Numbered from the stretch's first letter, positions 11,548 through 27,935 are shown. The stretch: 64,000 nucleotides of DNA from Octopus vulgaris (GCA_951406725.2 OX597832.1:7812001-7876000), one strand, 5' to 3'. A program made the numbers and translations. The notes: a model not told the origin generated them from the letters alone.

Positions 11548-12119
11548 TTCACATATACACATAGGAGATACATAGATCAGTTTGCATATTTCTTACTGTA
11601 TAATGGCATGACAGGACACTACTAGTACATTACATTTAATAAATTCAAGTGAAGGTTTCTGCAACAAATACAAGACTTTTTGTGTAGAAGTAGAGTAAAT
11701 TCTACTTCCCAGTCCCAACTCATCTGGAAACTGCATGACATATGAAATGACTACCGCAACATCACATGTAGAATCACTGACACAGGTCTCTTATTACAGG
11801 CTAACTAAACCTCAGCAATAAACCAATCATAGTGCAGCAGCTTCCAATATCCTTCATGAGGAAAAGCAATTTATCCTACTGTTACAACAAAGATATGCGT
11901 GGTCAATGATGTTGAAACCACAGGCCACTGATAATCTGGGAAGGCCACGCTAACACTAGTTTAGCCATACGAATATATAGTGTATATAATCCTTGTTTGT
12001 CTACAGAAAAACTATTTCTTCGTTGGCTTACTATCATTGGTACTTAATATGATTGGTACCTAATATGATCCAGCCAATAAATATAATACGTATCAATGAA
12101 TGGTGACTGTTGATGCCAA

Positions 12120-12425
12120 ACTGTCAAATCCTGCAGACCGACGACAACCTGACACACATATACCGGAGCATATAAAAGAGTGAATTACTACCTTTGATTA
12201 GTGAAGATATGGGGGGTAATCTGACCATACGAAATATAATCAGCAAGATTTTCTCTCCTTGTTTCTCTCCTTTTTTTTTTCTGTGTATCTTTCTGTCGAA
12301 GAGCGTAGGCTCGAAACGTAAAATACTTTTTCTATTTCTATTCCTGAGCGCTATACTAATACATTTGTTTGTTTGTACTCCACCTGCCTTCGTCTTTTCT
12401 TTATTTTCGTAAACCTTCCCGTTAT
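12120..12425 (+). mobile_element. Probable Penelope-type pLTR fragment with hammerhead-like variant
   Basis: CTGTCGA-A-GAGC-gtag-GCTC-GAAA-CGT at ~12293-12319. The element ends in (TA)n. Confidence 0.4.
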
Positions 12426-12723
12426 ATATATATAAGCTTCGTACAATGGCCATACTCGATAACGAGGGGGCAGCCATAATATATATCATATATGTCTATG
12501 TGAGTGTGTGTGTATGTGTAATTGTGTATCTGTGTATACACACACACACACATACACACGTATATAATGATCACGAGAGCCATGAAATTCTATTAAACGT
12601 TGCCCACTAACTTTCATGAAACATGGAAGTTAATTAAAAATAGGATTCATGTTTTGAAATTACAGGTTACGGCCAGTTTTTCAAAGTGTTGAAAAGTAGA
12701 AATCAACACGCACATATATGCAT

Positions 12724-12724
12724 C

Positions 12725-12822
<98 letters not shown>
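12724..12822. repeat. (TCTA)n microsatellite
   Basis: Pure tetramer run. Confidence 0.95.
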
Positions 12823-12823
<1 letters not shown>

Positions 12824-13131
12824 CGATCGAACTACCTACCTATCTACCTACATAAATAGATGCATACATACATATACGTATATACACATTATATATGCGC
12901 GTGTATATATATATACAAACGTATATATATATATATAATATATATATGTATATGTACACACATACGCACATACACACATATACATTTATATATACATATA
13001 CATACATATATATTTATATATGTAGGCTTGTATAGAAATATAGTTCTATATATGTATGTGTGTGTGCCCTTGCATGTATAACACACGCACACGCGCACGC
13101 ACTCACACACACACTTATTTATATTGCACAC

Positions 13132-13165
<34 letters not shown>

Positions 13166-13668
13166 GCAGTAGTACAAATATATTAAGCGAAGCAATTATA
13201 AATACATACATACTTTATTATATATAGGTTTGTATATACTTTGATCATCGATATAGTGTTTAATATTTCTTTTTCAAGTCGTCTGTATTTCACCCAGTTT
13301 CAAACCTCCAAAAGATGAAATTGAAACATGTTTATCATCAAACGACTATAATAAAAGGAAAACCTCATGAAAAATGACACAACATGTCTTTACTTTCCTA
13401 TACCCAACCCGCTAATAATAAACCCAGACAGTATTTTTATCTGACGAATCCCAAATATGTCTTCATTTGAAAACACCTTTAGCAACGCCAAAATGTTATG
13501 ATTTTTGCGTTAAAAGCGTGTAAATCAAACGAATAATATACAAAACTGTATCTAACGTCATATGTATACATATATATGTGTGTGTGTTTGTATGTGTGTG
13601 TATCTGCGCGCGCGCGTCGTGTGTATGTGTTCGAATGTGTGTGGTACGTGTATGTGTATATGTATGTC

Positions 13669-13750
<82 letters not shown>

Positions 13751-13838
13751 CATGCGCGTGTGCGTGTGTTATACATGCAAGGGCACACACACATACTTAT
13801 ATAGAACTATATTACTATATAAGCCTACATGTATAAAT

Positions 13839-14070
13839 TATTTCTTTATTGCCCAAAAGGGGCTAAACATAGAGGGGACAAATAAGGACAGACAAAGGGA
13901 TTAAGACGGTTACATCGACCCCAGTGCGTAACTGGTACTTAATTTGTGTATCCCGAAAGGATGAAAGGCAAAATCGGCCTTGGCGGAATTTGAACCCAGA
14001 ACGTAACGGCAGACGAAATACCGCTAAGCATTTCGCCCGGCGCGCTAACGTTTCTGCCAGCTCGCCGCCT
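13839..14070 (-). mobile_element. SINE-B full-length young copy with LINE-like tail
   Basis: Runs from the aaggcggcgagctggcagaaacgttagc head to the ...tagccccttttgggcaataaagaaata tail. Confidence 0.9.
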
Positions 14071-15029
14071 TCACAAATGGATTCTATGAGATAAGCGATG
14101 GCATTCTGTGCAGTAGCTGAAGGGAGGTGAAACCTTGAGACATGCTCCCGCGGCAAAGAAGCATTGAAGCAAAATTATGTTCATCTGATGATGACAAAAT
14201 GGAATCAATAAGAACTATTTGTTCAATCCTAGCGAAGTATAAAATCATTGCTGATATATATATTCACAAGAAATCGACAAGATGACCAAGGACTGCAAAT
14301 TTTACGACTACCAGTAACCAATCGAAAACAGCAATAATCCTTTATTACAATGACTTCACAATTGTTGTGCTTCATATACATCGAATTGCAGATATCCACA
14401 AGAGCAAGCCTCGTGAGTCAGAGTGGCTCATCCAGCACATCTCTCTCTCCATCCTTCACTTTTTCCATTTTGTCTGCCGGGACAATGAGGCGTTCTGAAT
14501 AACAAGAAATTGTACGTTCCACACCTTAATGTGAAGCTTCCCCATAGAAACAACTAATTTTGCAGGACCTTATCTAAAAATGGCAATAGCTCTACCTCAC
14601 AACTTGCATATATTCAATGCCCAGGGCTAGGAAACTCTTTCCTAGCTTAGGGCAGTCCACTGCGACCGTGTATTAACAATTGAAGTATCTGCGAGGCTTC
14701 CTACAAAAGAAATCAAACATCCATCAGCTGGATCTTGAAATGCATTCGAAGAATTCATCGGTTACAGGACTATAGAATATATTATGCTAGAATTGTTCTG
14801 CTGGTAAACATGAATAGATTCTGCTAGTTATTATTTCGATTAATAAAATCTATTATGAGCTGAGATATACGGCTTTTAATCGGTGGTTGGAAGCAAGCGC
14901 AGTTGTTTCTTGCGTTCCACACATGCACTCAGTCACACAGGCATACAAATACAGAAACAGGCACGCGCATAAACACACACATACACACACATGGATATAC
15001 ACACACATCCATCCATCTCCCCATCCTTG

Positions 15030-16790
<1,761 letters not shown>

Positions 16791-18366
16791 TAGATTTGTA
16801 TATAGTTGTGTGCATGCATATATATGCACGCATCTGCATGTGTGTGGATATTCAAAGAGCGAGAAAAGGGAGGAGAGATAGAGAAATAGATATAGATATA
16901 AAGATAGAGAAATAGATAGATAGATAGGTAGAGAGAGATGGGGGGGGGGAGAGAGAAAGAGGGGAGAGAGAGAAGCTCAAATACGCACATCAGACACAAA
17001 TCGGAATACATGCCGAAAGAAATTTCTTTTTAGACGTATTGAAGATAATTAAATTATGAATAGTTTGATACGCATATATAAATACTTACAGCCCCATATA
17101 TATGTACTTATATACATGAATCCATACATACATGATTACATATATACGTACGTATGTACATATGAACGTGCGTACGAATGAATAGCTTATATGTGTACGT
17201 AAATATTGAGTTCATTGAGGGAAAGTGTATATCCATCTATAAAACTTGCACACGTACACAAATGTTATTGTTCTCAACCAACTGACTTTAGAGGGGGCGG
17301 AGGGAAATCTTTTACAAGTTATTAGATCAATAACATCAGCCAATACATTATATAACAGATACCGAAGAAATGAGAGAGCCTCTCATTCAAAATTCTAGAA
17401 ATAGCAGTCACATCTCATTCAAATTTCGTTTTTGATTTTTGGTTTGCAAAAATCTTGATGTGAACTCGTGTGTGGAAACAGATTTTGATGTATCTTGGGT
17501 GGGTCATTAGGTCAGCTGTGAACACAGGCACTGGTTCGATTTCACTTCTTATATTATTATTATTAGTCAATTCATTAAAATTTAACCAATTATCTTACTG
17601 AATGTTTGATTAATAGTTTTAACTGTCAATCAGCTAGTTTTGGAAAACTTTGATCGCCATAGACGGCCTTATGATCGAGATACCTTCTATAGTCCAGGTC
17701 TTCTTCAGGTCTATACGCCTGAACTACTGGAGTGACAATGATAGTACTATTCGTAGTAGTGACAATGGTAACAGTAGTGGTAGTATAGGAGTAATATGTG
17801 CACCATCACTGGTAGTAGGCGAAGGACAGAGTCGACTTCAGCGGAATCTGAACTCAGAACGTAAAGATGGACGAAATGCAGCGAAGGATTTTGCCCAATG
17901 CTTCTATCTGTAGAAGTAGTAGAAATATTGTTTCCAAAATATGGCACAAGGTTAGCAGCTTCTGGGCAAAGTGCCTGTGCGTGTGTGGGTCTGTGAGAAT
18001 TATGTGATGGTGTGATTGTGTCTGTGTGAGTGTATCTGTGGGTGTACCAGTGTGCTCCATGGTGGCAGTGTTGATGTGAACTCTGTATGTATCTGGGTGG
18101 GTGAATCTTTGTGCTCTGAGGGATGTATTCGCGTGTATAGGTGTGTATAGCTTGAGCGTGTATGATTGACAAACATACATACATGTAGTGTGTGCTGGAG
18201 CGTGCCCACGAGTATATTTATAAATGTGTACGTCTGCATGCCTTTGCTGATGATGCCTGGTAGTCATAAGTGGTGAACGTGTTCCGCTGACACACGACCC
18301 GGGACTTACCTTAAAGTAAGGTTCGATACTGTGTTTAACACGTATTTTCTTAACCTTAATTCGTTA

Positions 18367-18446
<80 letters not shown>

Positions 18447-19004
18447 GCATATTTAATAGACAGGTAACTAATTGTCGTGACGTAAAATTTCTGTTTCTAA
18501 TTGTCGAGACGTAGAATTCCGATGTTAATTTTTTTATTTTTTCGTTATCTACTGATGTCATAGAAAGTTAAATGGTCGACTGCCTTTTCTTAGAAAACTG
18601 ACTTTTCTTAGGTCTCTTTGAATTTCACCAGTTTTGGATTGCCTCGATTATCTTGTGTTAGTATATATCTTCGGATATATTAATTTGATTGGTATTTTAA
18701 ACCTGTTTTCTTCATTTAAATATGCTGGCACATTAGAAACGATCGTCGGTAATGCATGGCGTAATAATCAACTAAAGATGTGATGTTCACCATTCTTATT
18801 CTTATTCTTGTTGTCTTTTACTCAGAATTTCTTCAAAATCTTCGAAGCAATATTTGGATTTACTTGTCATATATGAAAAGTTAACTTGAACGTTTACTCC
18901 ACTTGCGTTTATTGATATCTGATTGTTGGACATAGTTAAACAAAATCGTTTAACACTGAGTGCTTTATAAACATCTTACTGGGTTTATTAATCCCTTTTT
19001 CTTC

Positions 19005-19088
<84 letters not shown>

Positions 19089-19355
19089 TCATACATACGT
19101 ACATAATACATATATGTGTGTGTGTGTATATATATATATGTATATATATATACACACACACACACGTATATACGTGCATGCGTGTGATTATGTGTATGCA
19201 GAAGTATACTAATCCCCTCCGGGCAACAATTCAAATTATTTTGATTTATCAACTGACAAAATTGTATTAAATAACGGTTATATTACGTAACCATCTGAAA
19301 CGTTCGTCTTAAATATATTTAAAATGCGCACACTTGTTTTTCAGACAATCCTGAC

Positions 19356-19426
<71 letters not shown>

Positions 19427-19739
19427 TATTTCTATCCTCGTTTGTTTTCCTCCAGGTTTCTTGTATGTCTACACTGTCCTGTTTTTGTTCCCAACTTTGA
19501 CCCTCCATAAATCCTAAATTTTATTTCAGAATCTATGAGAGCAACTGTCTTTGAAGATTCATATTGTCGTTGAATGCTCGAAATGAGGAATAGATTGACA
19601 GTCGACAACTGATGAAGGGTCGTTCTCTCGGTTTACTTGTCTAGTTTTCCATTTTTTCTCTAGTTGTTTGCGTATTTAACTCCCTTGCTTTTGTATTTCA
19701 TGTTGTTTACACAATCGGTGACATCCTGTATCCAAGGGC

Positions 19740-20140
19740 ATTATTTCTAATCATATCTAGCGGTCGCAAACAGCGTTATTCATTACAATTAACAACATCG
19801 GATATATCTACCATGTATAACTCCTTCGACTAACACCTTTGCTCCATTCTAACACTTATTGCTCCATTCATCTAATTTCAGAGACGTACACACGCGAGGG
19901 ACCTCTAAGGGCACAAAAATGCAAGACTAAAGACTTAGCGAACTTGCTTCCTTTTTCTTTTCATTTTCCTTTTTCTCCTACCTATATTCCTTCGATAAAC
20001 TTTAAATCATTCTGACGATGTTTGTTAAATGGAACGAGATAAATGCAAATTTACTTCGAAATAACAAACTGAAACAGCTGTAAGTGTTCTTGAACTATAA
20101 TTAAACTATAACCTTCTAATACCAATGATCAACTTCTAAT
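19740..20140 (+). mobile_element. Penelope-like 3' fragment/pLTR
   Basis: cgcaaacagcgt (RKQR) at ~19766 resembles the GIY-YIG C-terminal RKxRE motif. It is followed by a pyrimidine-rich tract and a hammerhead motif. Confidence 0.5.
20008..20086 (+). ncRNA. Type I minimal hammerhead ribozyme
   Basis: catt-CTGACGA(20012-20018)-tGTTTGTTA...TAACAAACt-GAAA(20071-20074)-CAGCTG-TA-agtg. Core intact, 8-bp stem II, palindromic stem III, 4-bp stem I. Confidence 0.75.
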
Positions 20141-20164
20141 TGTTAATTGTTATTCCATTTCTTT

Positions 20165-20215
<51 letters not shown>

Positions 20216-20220
20216 TGCAC

Positions 20221-20259
<39 letters not shown>

Positions 20260-21349
20260 TATATATATATAGAGAGAGAAAGTGAGAGAGACATTGATTT
20301 ATCATGTGTTTTCCTTTGTTTTCGTTCTCCCGCATCTGCTGGGACAGATTAGCAGGCCTACGGCCAAACCAATGATTCTGAAACCACTATTTAGTTAATT
20401 TTTTTTACGAATTGCATAATTGTGTAACCTCAACGACATTTAATACACTATGATTTGGTTTGAGGTGGTTGTTGGGTACAATTTCTAGCTATGCGGGCGA
20501 CCATACCAAGATTCTCATTGGCTCTTGTTGTTTGATTAAATGACTTATTGGCTAATTGGTTAAGCTATCACACATTTTCTCTTACAAACTATATGTTCAT
20601 ACAACGAGTTTCTCTTCAAAATATTGATTTAATCTCGCCCTTGAGGTTCCGGTCGTTGACGCTTCACGCTCGCATTGTTAGAGATATTTCATTTACTCAA
20701 ATTCAATAGAAGATTATGGTAATTTCTTTCCGTCTCTTTCTTCCACATCTTCTTCTCCTCCATCTATTTCTTCGACTTCCAAGTACTAAGAAGAATGCGG
20801 TATGCAGAAGTTTTAGTATTCTAGATTTCGAAACAATTTAGCAAGTCATTGGAGCGCGAATGAAAAATTCAAGTAATAAAATGTAAGATTAAAACGTAAA
20901 ACTAATCAGTAAATGGCAATAGAGAGAATCTATTGATAATTGAATTATTTTTAACCGGGCCAATCGTGATTGAAACACTTTAGTAATAGAACAGTAACAT
21001 TTGTATGTCACGAAAAATTTAATGCGAACATACTGAAAGGTTTTAACGAAGGCAATCTGTCAGCGTAAATTAAGATACACTGTTACTGTAAATATCTTTT
21101 AGATTTTTAATTAAGATGTTTTAATTAATTGTAAGAGAGTACAGATGGGGGAATCGATAGGGTAATATAGAATTAAAAAAAACAGTGTGATGTTGCGTTA
21201 TGTTTGTATTGAAGACAATTAGCCGTCGACGGTCGAGTCCATGTATTTTTATATAAGTTCTACGGGTAGAATAAGATCTCTGTTGCAAGTAGCGGAAGAA
21301 ATGTGGAATTATCGAATATTACCATTGTGATCTAGTCCTCTATACAATT

Positions 21350-22350
21350 CTTTACTTTTTTATATAGAAAATTGGTGGCGGGCTTCCTCATCGCTCCACG
21401 TATGCAAGTTCACTAAAACACAGCTTCACAATGTACGAAATTCACATCTGCCACAGGTATGTGGAAAACGTCCATCAATCTATGACCGCCTGTGTGCCGC
21501 ATAACACTTACGATAGGATCTTCTACCTGTTGTCGTCACCTCTTTTCCTTCCTATCCCACTACACTTATGAAGAAAGTGTGATAGTGATGGTGCTGGTGT
21601 CTCGGTTTAACGAACAATCTGCACGATAAATATTATTATAGTGGACTCGATTTATGCAAAGCCTGTCCCATCCTCTCATCCTCCAAAGTTGAACTTTTCT
21701 AGTGCAACAAGTGCCACAAGACTAGATGTTATCAATATGCAGGATTTGTATAGAGTTACTTTCTCTTAGAGAAACTGTTAAACTGCTGGGGGCCCTCATC
21801 TGGGATGCCGGTGAGCGACCTTCTTTCGGAGCATATACAAAGGATCTACAATTTAACTAGTGTCCTGTTGAGGGGGGGTATTTTCTTTGATACATATAAC
21901 GATATTGATTGGAATTAAGAACGGGCTCCGATGGATCCCTTCATTTAGGAAAACCTATCAATGCTCACACATGGAAATTAGGTTACACATATTTTTCTGT
22001 TTGATTAATTGCAGAATTCCTGTATTTTAAAGCGATCCCTACCCCAAATTGTGCGCGACATGAAAAATCTGTATTAGATAGGCTGGAAGGTTTCGGAGAC
22101 ACCATTTAATGTCATATTATTTAATCCAAGAAGGAACCGAAGCCACTCTCGTTTGCTAACTTGGATTACTCGCTTATAATTCACTGGATTTATCGGATAA
22201 TCTTTAACTTAATTTTCAAGCTGTCTATAACACATAAGATATGAGAAAGATGAAATATTGGCGGATTCGGTTATATTAAGTTATGGATCTTTGCGTTCTA
22301 TCTTCAAATTATAGGGTGGTTAATCCCCAACTTTCTTTGAATGTTCAACG
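21350..22350 (-). mobile_element. Very old non-LTR RT fossil (R2/NeSL-like)
   Basis: Minus strand shows degraded motifs in the correct order: VGD.RPI (~22320), FLD...GVS (~22120), GDP.SPFL..NIVI (~21920), AY.D..LVL (~21730). Confidence 0.45.
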
Positions 22351-22784
22351 AAAATGCATCAGTCGACTATTCCTTCTATCAATATTACAAATCAATATAT
22401 CAAGTGGATAAAAAGGGAAATTATAATTTTAACATATTTCTTTTATACGCTAGACATGCATTTACAACTGAGCTTTGCAGCTGAAACTAAGATTCGAAAA
22501 CCTCAGCTACTCGAGATATTTACTGTGAAGTAAATATGTAGAAGTAGAAATATTTGGGTAATTTTCATTACTCAAGAAATAGTCTGCACATGAAGAGAGA
22601 CGAAAGCTATTCTCCATGCTGTTGCAATATGTATGTCTCTCCGGTGTATGGAAATCAATTCTAACAGAGTGCAACATGATTTACATTTCTCGTCACAGAA
22701 GTGTTATATATATCAAAATGTTACAATCATCAAGGTAACCTAATGAAATATACATGTATTTACAAATTATTCGATAGCTCTATT

Positions 22785-22998
22785 GCTTTCAAGTTTTGGA
22801 GCAAGGCCATCAATTTCAAGGGGAAGGATAGGTCGATTAGATCGAGCCCAATGCTCAAATGGTACTCGTTTTATCGACCCCGAAAGGATGAAAGGCAAAG
22901 TCGATCTCGGCGGAATTTGAACTCAGAACATAAAGATGGACGAGATACCGCTTAGCATTTTCCCGGCGTGCTAGCGATTCAACCAGCCCACTGCCCAC
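22785..22998 (-). mobile_element. SINE-B with 16-bp target-site duplication
   Basis: Flanked by attcgatagctctatt and attcaatagctctatt. Confidence 0.85.
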
Positions 22999-23539
22999 AT
23001 TCAATAGCTCTATTCCTATGAATAAAACATAGACCTGATGATTAGGCTGTCAGATTCATTGTTGTAAGGTCATGTATTCGATTCTTAGACCAAGCTATGC
23101 GTCTTGTCCTTCAGCAGTGAACTTAATTAAACGTTGCTTTAATCCAGTCTTCAGAAAATAAGTGTGAACCGCAGATTTTGCGGTTATTTTTGTTGTGGCC
23201 TGGTGTCATAATCAGAGGTTAGCCTTTATAAGTAGTAGTACCAGACTCCTAACTTTTCATATCCGTTATGTAAGGGCTATCATCATAACCCAAGTCGCCC
23301 ACACCTTCGACTGTCTCTGTCTCTCTGTCTCTGTCTCTCTCTCACATACACACACACACAAGCACACACATAGACAAGCGTGTATCTGTGGGTAATTCCT
23401 GAAATGTTTTTGTGGAGGAGTTTATTCAGTAAGATAGACATCCTTACCTACCTTCTTTGGTGGAACTTGATGGATTGCTTTCCTGACTCATCTAGTCAAC
23501 GGAGCTGTGCTACAATAATAATTAAATAATTGACGCTTC

Positions 23540-24205
23540 TGAATTAGACGCAAGCTTTGTAATTTTCACGGGAAGGGCGTGGTCAATACAGTCGGCCCCA
23601 GTGCTAGGAAAGATGAAAAGCAAAGTTAACCTCTGTGGGATTTGAAATCAGAACGTAAAATCTGGAACATATTACGGAGTGATACTTTATTTGACTCTAG
23701 TGATTCTGACGATCTTTAAACGTGAAACAATAATGATGACAGTTTCAAATTTTGGTGAAGTCTAGCAATTTTGATGGAAAGGGGTTGGTCGAATGCCTCA
23801 ACCTTAGTATTTATCTTGTACTTTTTATCGACCCCTTGAAAAGATGCATAGAAGTTGATAATGGCGGCATTTGAACTTAGAAAGTAAAGACGCTGGAAAA
23901 TGCCATTAAGCAATTTGCCCCATGAGCTGACGATTCTACCAGCTGGCCGTTTTTGAAACAATAACAATAATCCTTTAGACACAAGGCCTGAAATGTTATA
24001 GACACAAGGCCTGGAATTTTGTGCGAGGGATATAGTCTGATTACATCGACCCCCAGTGCTCTATTGGTACTTTATTTAAGCAACGTCGAAAAGATGAAAG
24101 GCAACGTCGACCTCGGCGGAATTTGAACTCAGAACCTAAGGATGGATGAGATGCCGCTAAGCATTTCGTCCTGCATGCTAACGATTCAGCCAGCTAGCCG
24201 TCTCA
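23540..24205 (-). mobile_element. Three tandem diverged SINE-B copies
   Basis: Repeated gatgaaaggcaa.gtcgacctcggcggaatttgaactcagaac cores. Confidence 0.75.
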
Positions 24206-25561
24206 ATAGTAATAGGAATCTTGAAACTATCAAATTTAGAGGAGGTGCAAAGTCGAATGAATTAACTTCATTGTTTGAATGGTATCGATTTTACTGATCC
24301 AGTCCAGTAATAGAACGACAGCAAAACCGCCTTTGATATCGTTTGAACAACGGATATTGAGAAATACACATACTGGCATTATTGTAAAGTGGTCATAGCG
24401 TATCTGCCATATATCTATATCCTAGTTCACTTCGAAGTATTATGTTATATTAAGCATTTCATTTCACGTATAATCACACACTTAAAAGGCTATTGCGAGA
24501 AATGTTTATTCAATGAGTTTCAGTATAATAATGCAGTTATATAAACTAGAATGAATAAATACACAAACAACATTGCCTTATGTAAGGATTGCGTCTGGGG
24601 AAATATACGAGCGCCCAACAATCGTGATCTTTTACATAGGTGAAGTAAGATCCACATAGGAGTAATTCTAAAATAACACGGTCACTGATATTATTACGCA
24701 CAGACATGCACACGTATACGCACACAAAGACAACTCACACAAAGATACACACGCAAGGGAACACAGAAACACACAATGGCGGTATTTCTATGTAGGTCTT
24801 TGAGCAGCTACAAATAGCAGCCTAATTGCACTGATATTACCTTTTCCAGTCATGAACAGAAAGAAAGCTAGAAGATTACAATCACCACTTCTGTCTGATT
24901 TCCGCCTCTACTTTATAGCTACTACAACAGCCTCTGTTCCTTTGGAAGAGTTAACTGTATTTATTCTTCCCATACCCGGTTTTCTTCCTTTGTTCCCTTT
25001 CTAAACGCTGCACAAAAATGGTATTCCCTCACTTTTCTTTCAAGAATTACAATCCTCGGGAGAATTACTTTCTCCTTTTCCTGTTCATAGTTTTCTTGCA
25101 AACGTTGTCCTACAGAGACCTAAACTGAACACCGGCCACACCTAACCTTAAATACTTCGGTAGGACTACAAATGCCACGAGCTCCTCTCATTTCTGATTT
25201 TCATTGATCAACAACAGAATTCAAAATAGAATATGTGTTATTCCTGATACGCAGATACCTCTATTCAATAAGGTGCAGCTTCTATGATAAAATTATGTGC
25301 CAAAGCTAATGGCAATAATGTGGTAGACATACAGCGGTAAAAGACGTATGAACAAGCTATAATTTAAGGGCATTGATTGTGAATTCTGAGATTGATTTTC
25401 GCGTATTTTTTGTTCTTTCTCCTAAATTCCAAACTTCATAGATGATTAGGTAGTAAGAGAGAACAAGGTGACGTAAAAAATATCAGCGGGAGGTGGAGCA
25501 AGAGTAACATCAGTCTTCAATTATCGACTACTACAATGCAATAATTTGAGTAATGAGAACG

Positions 25562-25960
<399 letters not shown>

Positions 25961-26305
25961 GTCTGTTTTGTCTGTCTGTTTTGTCTTTCGGTTTTGTTGC
26001 CAATGTATAACCGCCTATCTACATATTTGTCGTTGCATAGATTAAGTATATACACGCGAGCATACTCACGTATGTCGACGAAATACATGCACAAATACAT
26101 ATCTAACCGGGGATGTATATATATATATATATGTGTATTCATAGGCATCTGTATATGCACACATATGTATATATATATATAAACATGCATACATACATAC
26201 ATATATATACATATATATATACATACGTATGTGTAAATATACGCATCTATCGGTCTATGTATGTATGCAATTTTCATGCATATATGTATGTATATATATG
26301 TATAT

Positions 26306-26435
<130 letters not shown>

Positions 26436-26764
26436 TAGTGTGTGTGTGTGTGTATGTGTATGTGTGTGTGTGAGTGTGTGTATATTTGATCAATCGTTTA
26501 ACATCGAAGTTTCACTTTGTTGTTTCGCGAAAATGATAAAACACTCAACTTGCCTATCATTATATGTAGATATGAATCTATTTTCCAGTCCTCCACCCTC
26601 CCCATCTCTCATTTTCTATCTATCACTACCACCCATCTCCCCCTCCCCTTCCTCTCTTCACTCCTGTATCCCCGAGTTCAGTTTCTGCACTAAACACGAG
26701 GTGCATATTCTCTTCAACTTTTACTATTCCATAGCGATTTCCTTCTTTTACCATGTCATATACA

Positions 26765-26981
26765 GCTGCTGCTGCTGCTGCTGCTGCTGCTGCTATTACT
26801 GCCACTACTGCTATTGCTGCTGTTGCTGTTGCTACTATTACTGCTGCTGCTACAACATCAACAACAACTAGTAGAACTACTACTACTATCACTATCACCA
26901 CACTACTAGCACTAATACTACTACTGTTACTAATACAGCTATCGGCACTCCCACCCGCACCGACACCACCACTATCACCAG

Positions 26982-27014
<33 letters not shown>

Positions 27015-27125
27015 AACTACTACTACTACTGTCATTATCACCACTATTACTACTACTAACACAACCACTACCATTTCAACTATCATCACCTCTATCAACA
27101 ACACCAATACTATCACAACTACTAC
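26765..27125. repeat. (CTG)n/(CTA)n degenerate triplet repeat
   Basis: Direct inspection. Confidence 0.9.
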
Positions 27126-27567
27126 ACATATAACCTATGTTTATACATATATATATATATAATATAAAAACAGTAATAGGCTCGCAGCGAATTTCCGTCG
27201 TTCGTCGACGAGGATTCAGTTATTAGAGTAAATGAAGTTACCTACACCTGCATTAACTGCACGTGGCAGAGTATACCGAAGAGACGTGGACAAATGATGT
27301 AATTCACAAGGTGAATCAGGAGGACAGACACAGCTTATGAGAAGGGTTTAACTTTTGATTTTGCAGGTACGAAATTATGTTCCTTCTGACAGGCTTCTAT
27401 ACAGTTTCCATCTACCCAGATTCCCTCAATAGTTATAAATCGAACCAAGGCTGTAAGAATTGACATTTACGTAAGGTACTATTCAAAGCCATCCCACGCA
27501 GGACCATAAAGTTGGGAAACGAACTTCGGTTGTTCACACATCTGTACTCTCTCTCACACACATACAC

Positions 27568-27935
27568 CTGCCTTCCTGCCTGCCTGCCTGCCTGCCTACC
27601 TGCCTACCTACCTACCTACCTACCTACCTACCTACCTACCTACCTACCTACCTACCTACATACATACATACATACATACCTACCAACCCACCTACCTACC
27701 TACAAATCTACCTACCTACCTACCTTCATGCCTACCTACCTACCTACCTACCTACCTACCTACATGCCTACCTACATACCTACCAACCTACCAACCTACC
27801 TACCTACCTACCTTCCTACCTACCTACCAACCTACCAACCTACCTACCTACCTACCTTCCTACCTACCTACCTACCTACCTACCTACCTACCTACCAACC
27901 TACCTACCTACCTACCTAACTACCTACCTACCTGC
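27568..27935. repeat. (CCTA)n/(CCTG)n microsatellite
   Basis: Direct inspection. Confidence 0.95.

Noticed and set aside
17361-17395. CCGAAGA-aatgagag/ctctcatt hairpin
   Set aside because: The core is non-canonical (CAAA), and it overlaps an old SINE-like repeat (ctagaaatagcag).
26753-27133. Poly-Ala/Leu ORF resembling a signal or transmembrane protein
   Set aside because: A CTG/CTA triplet repeat with no splice or domain support.
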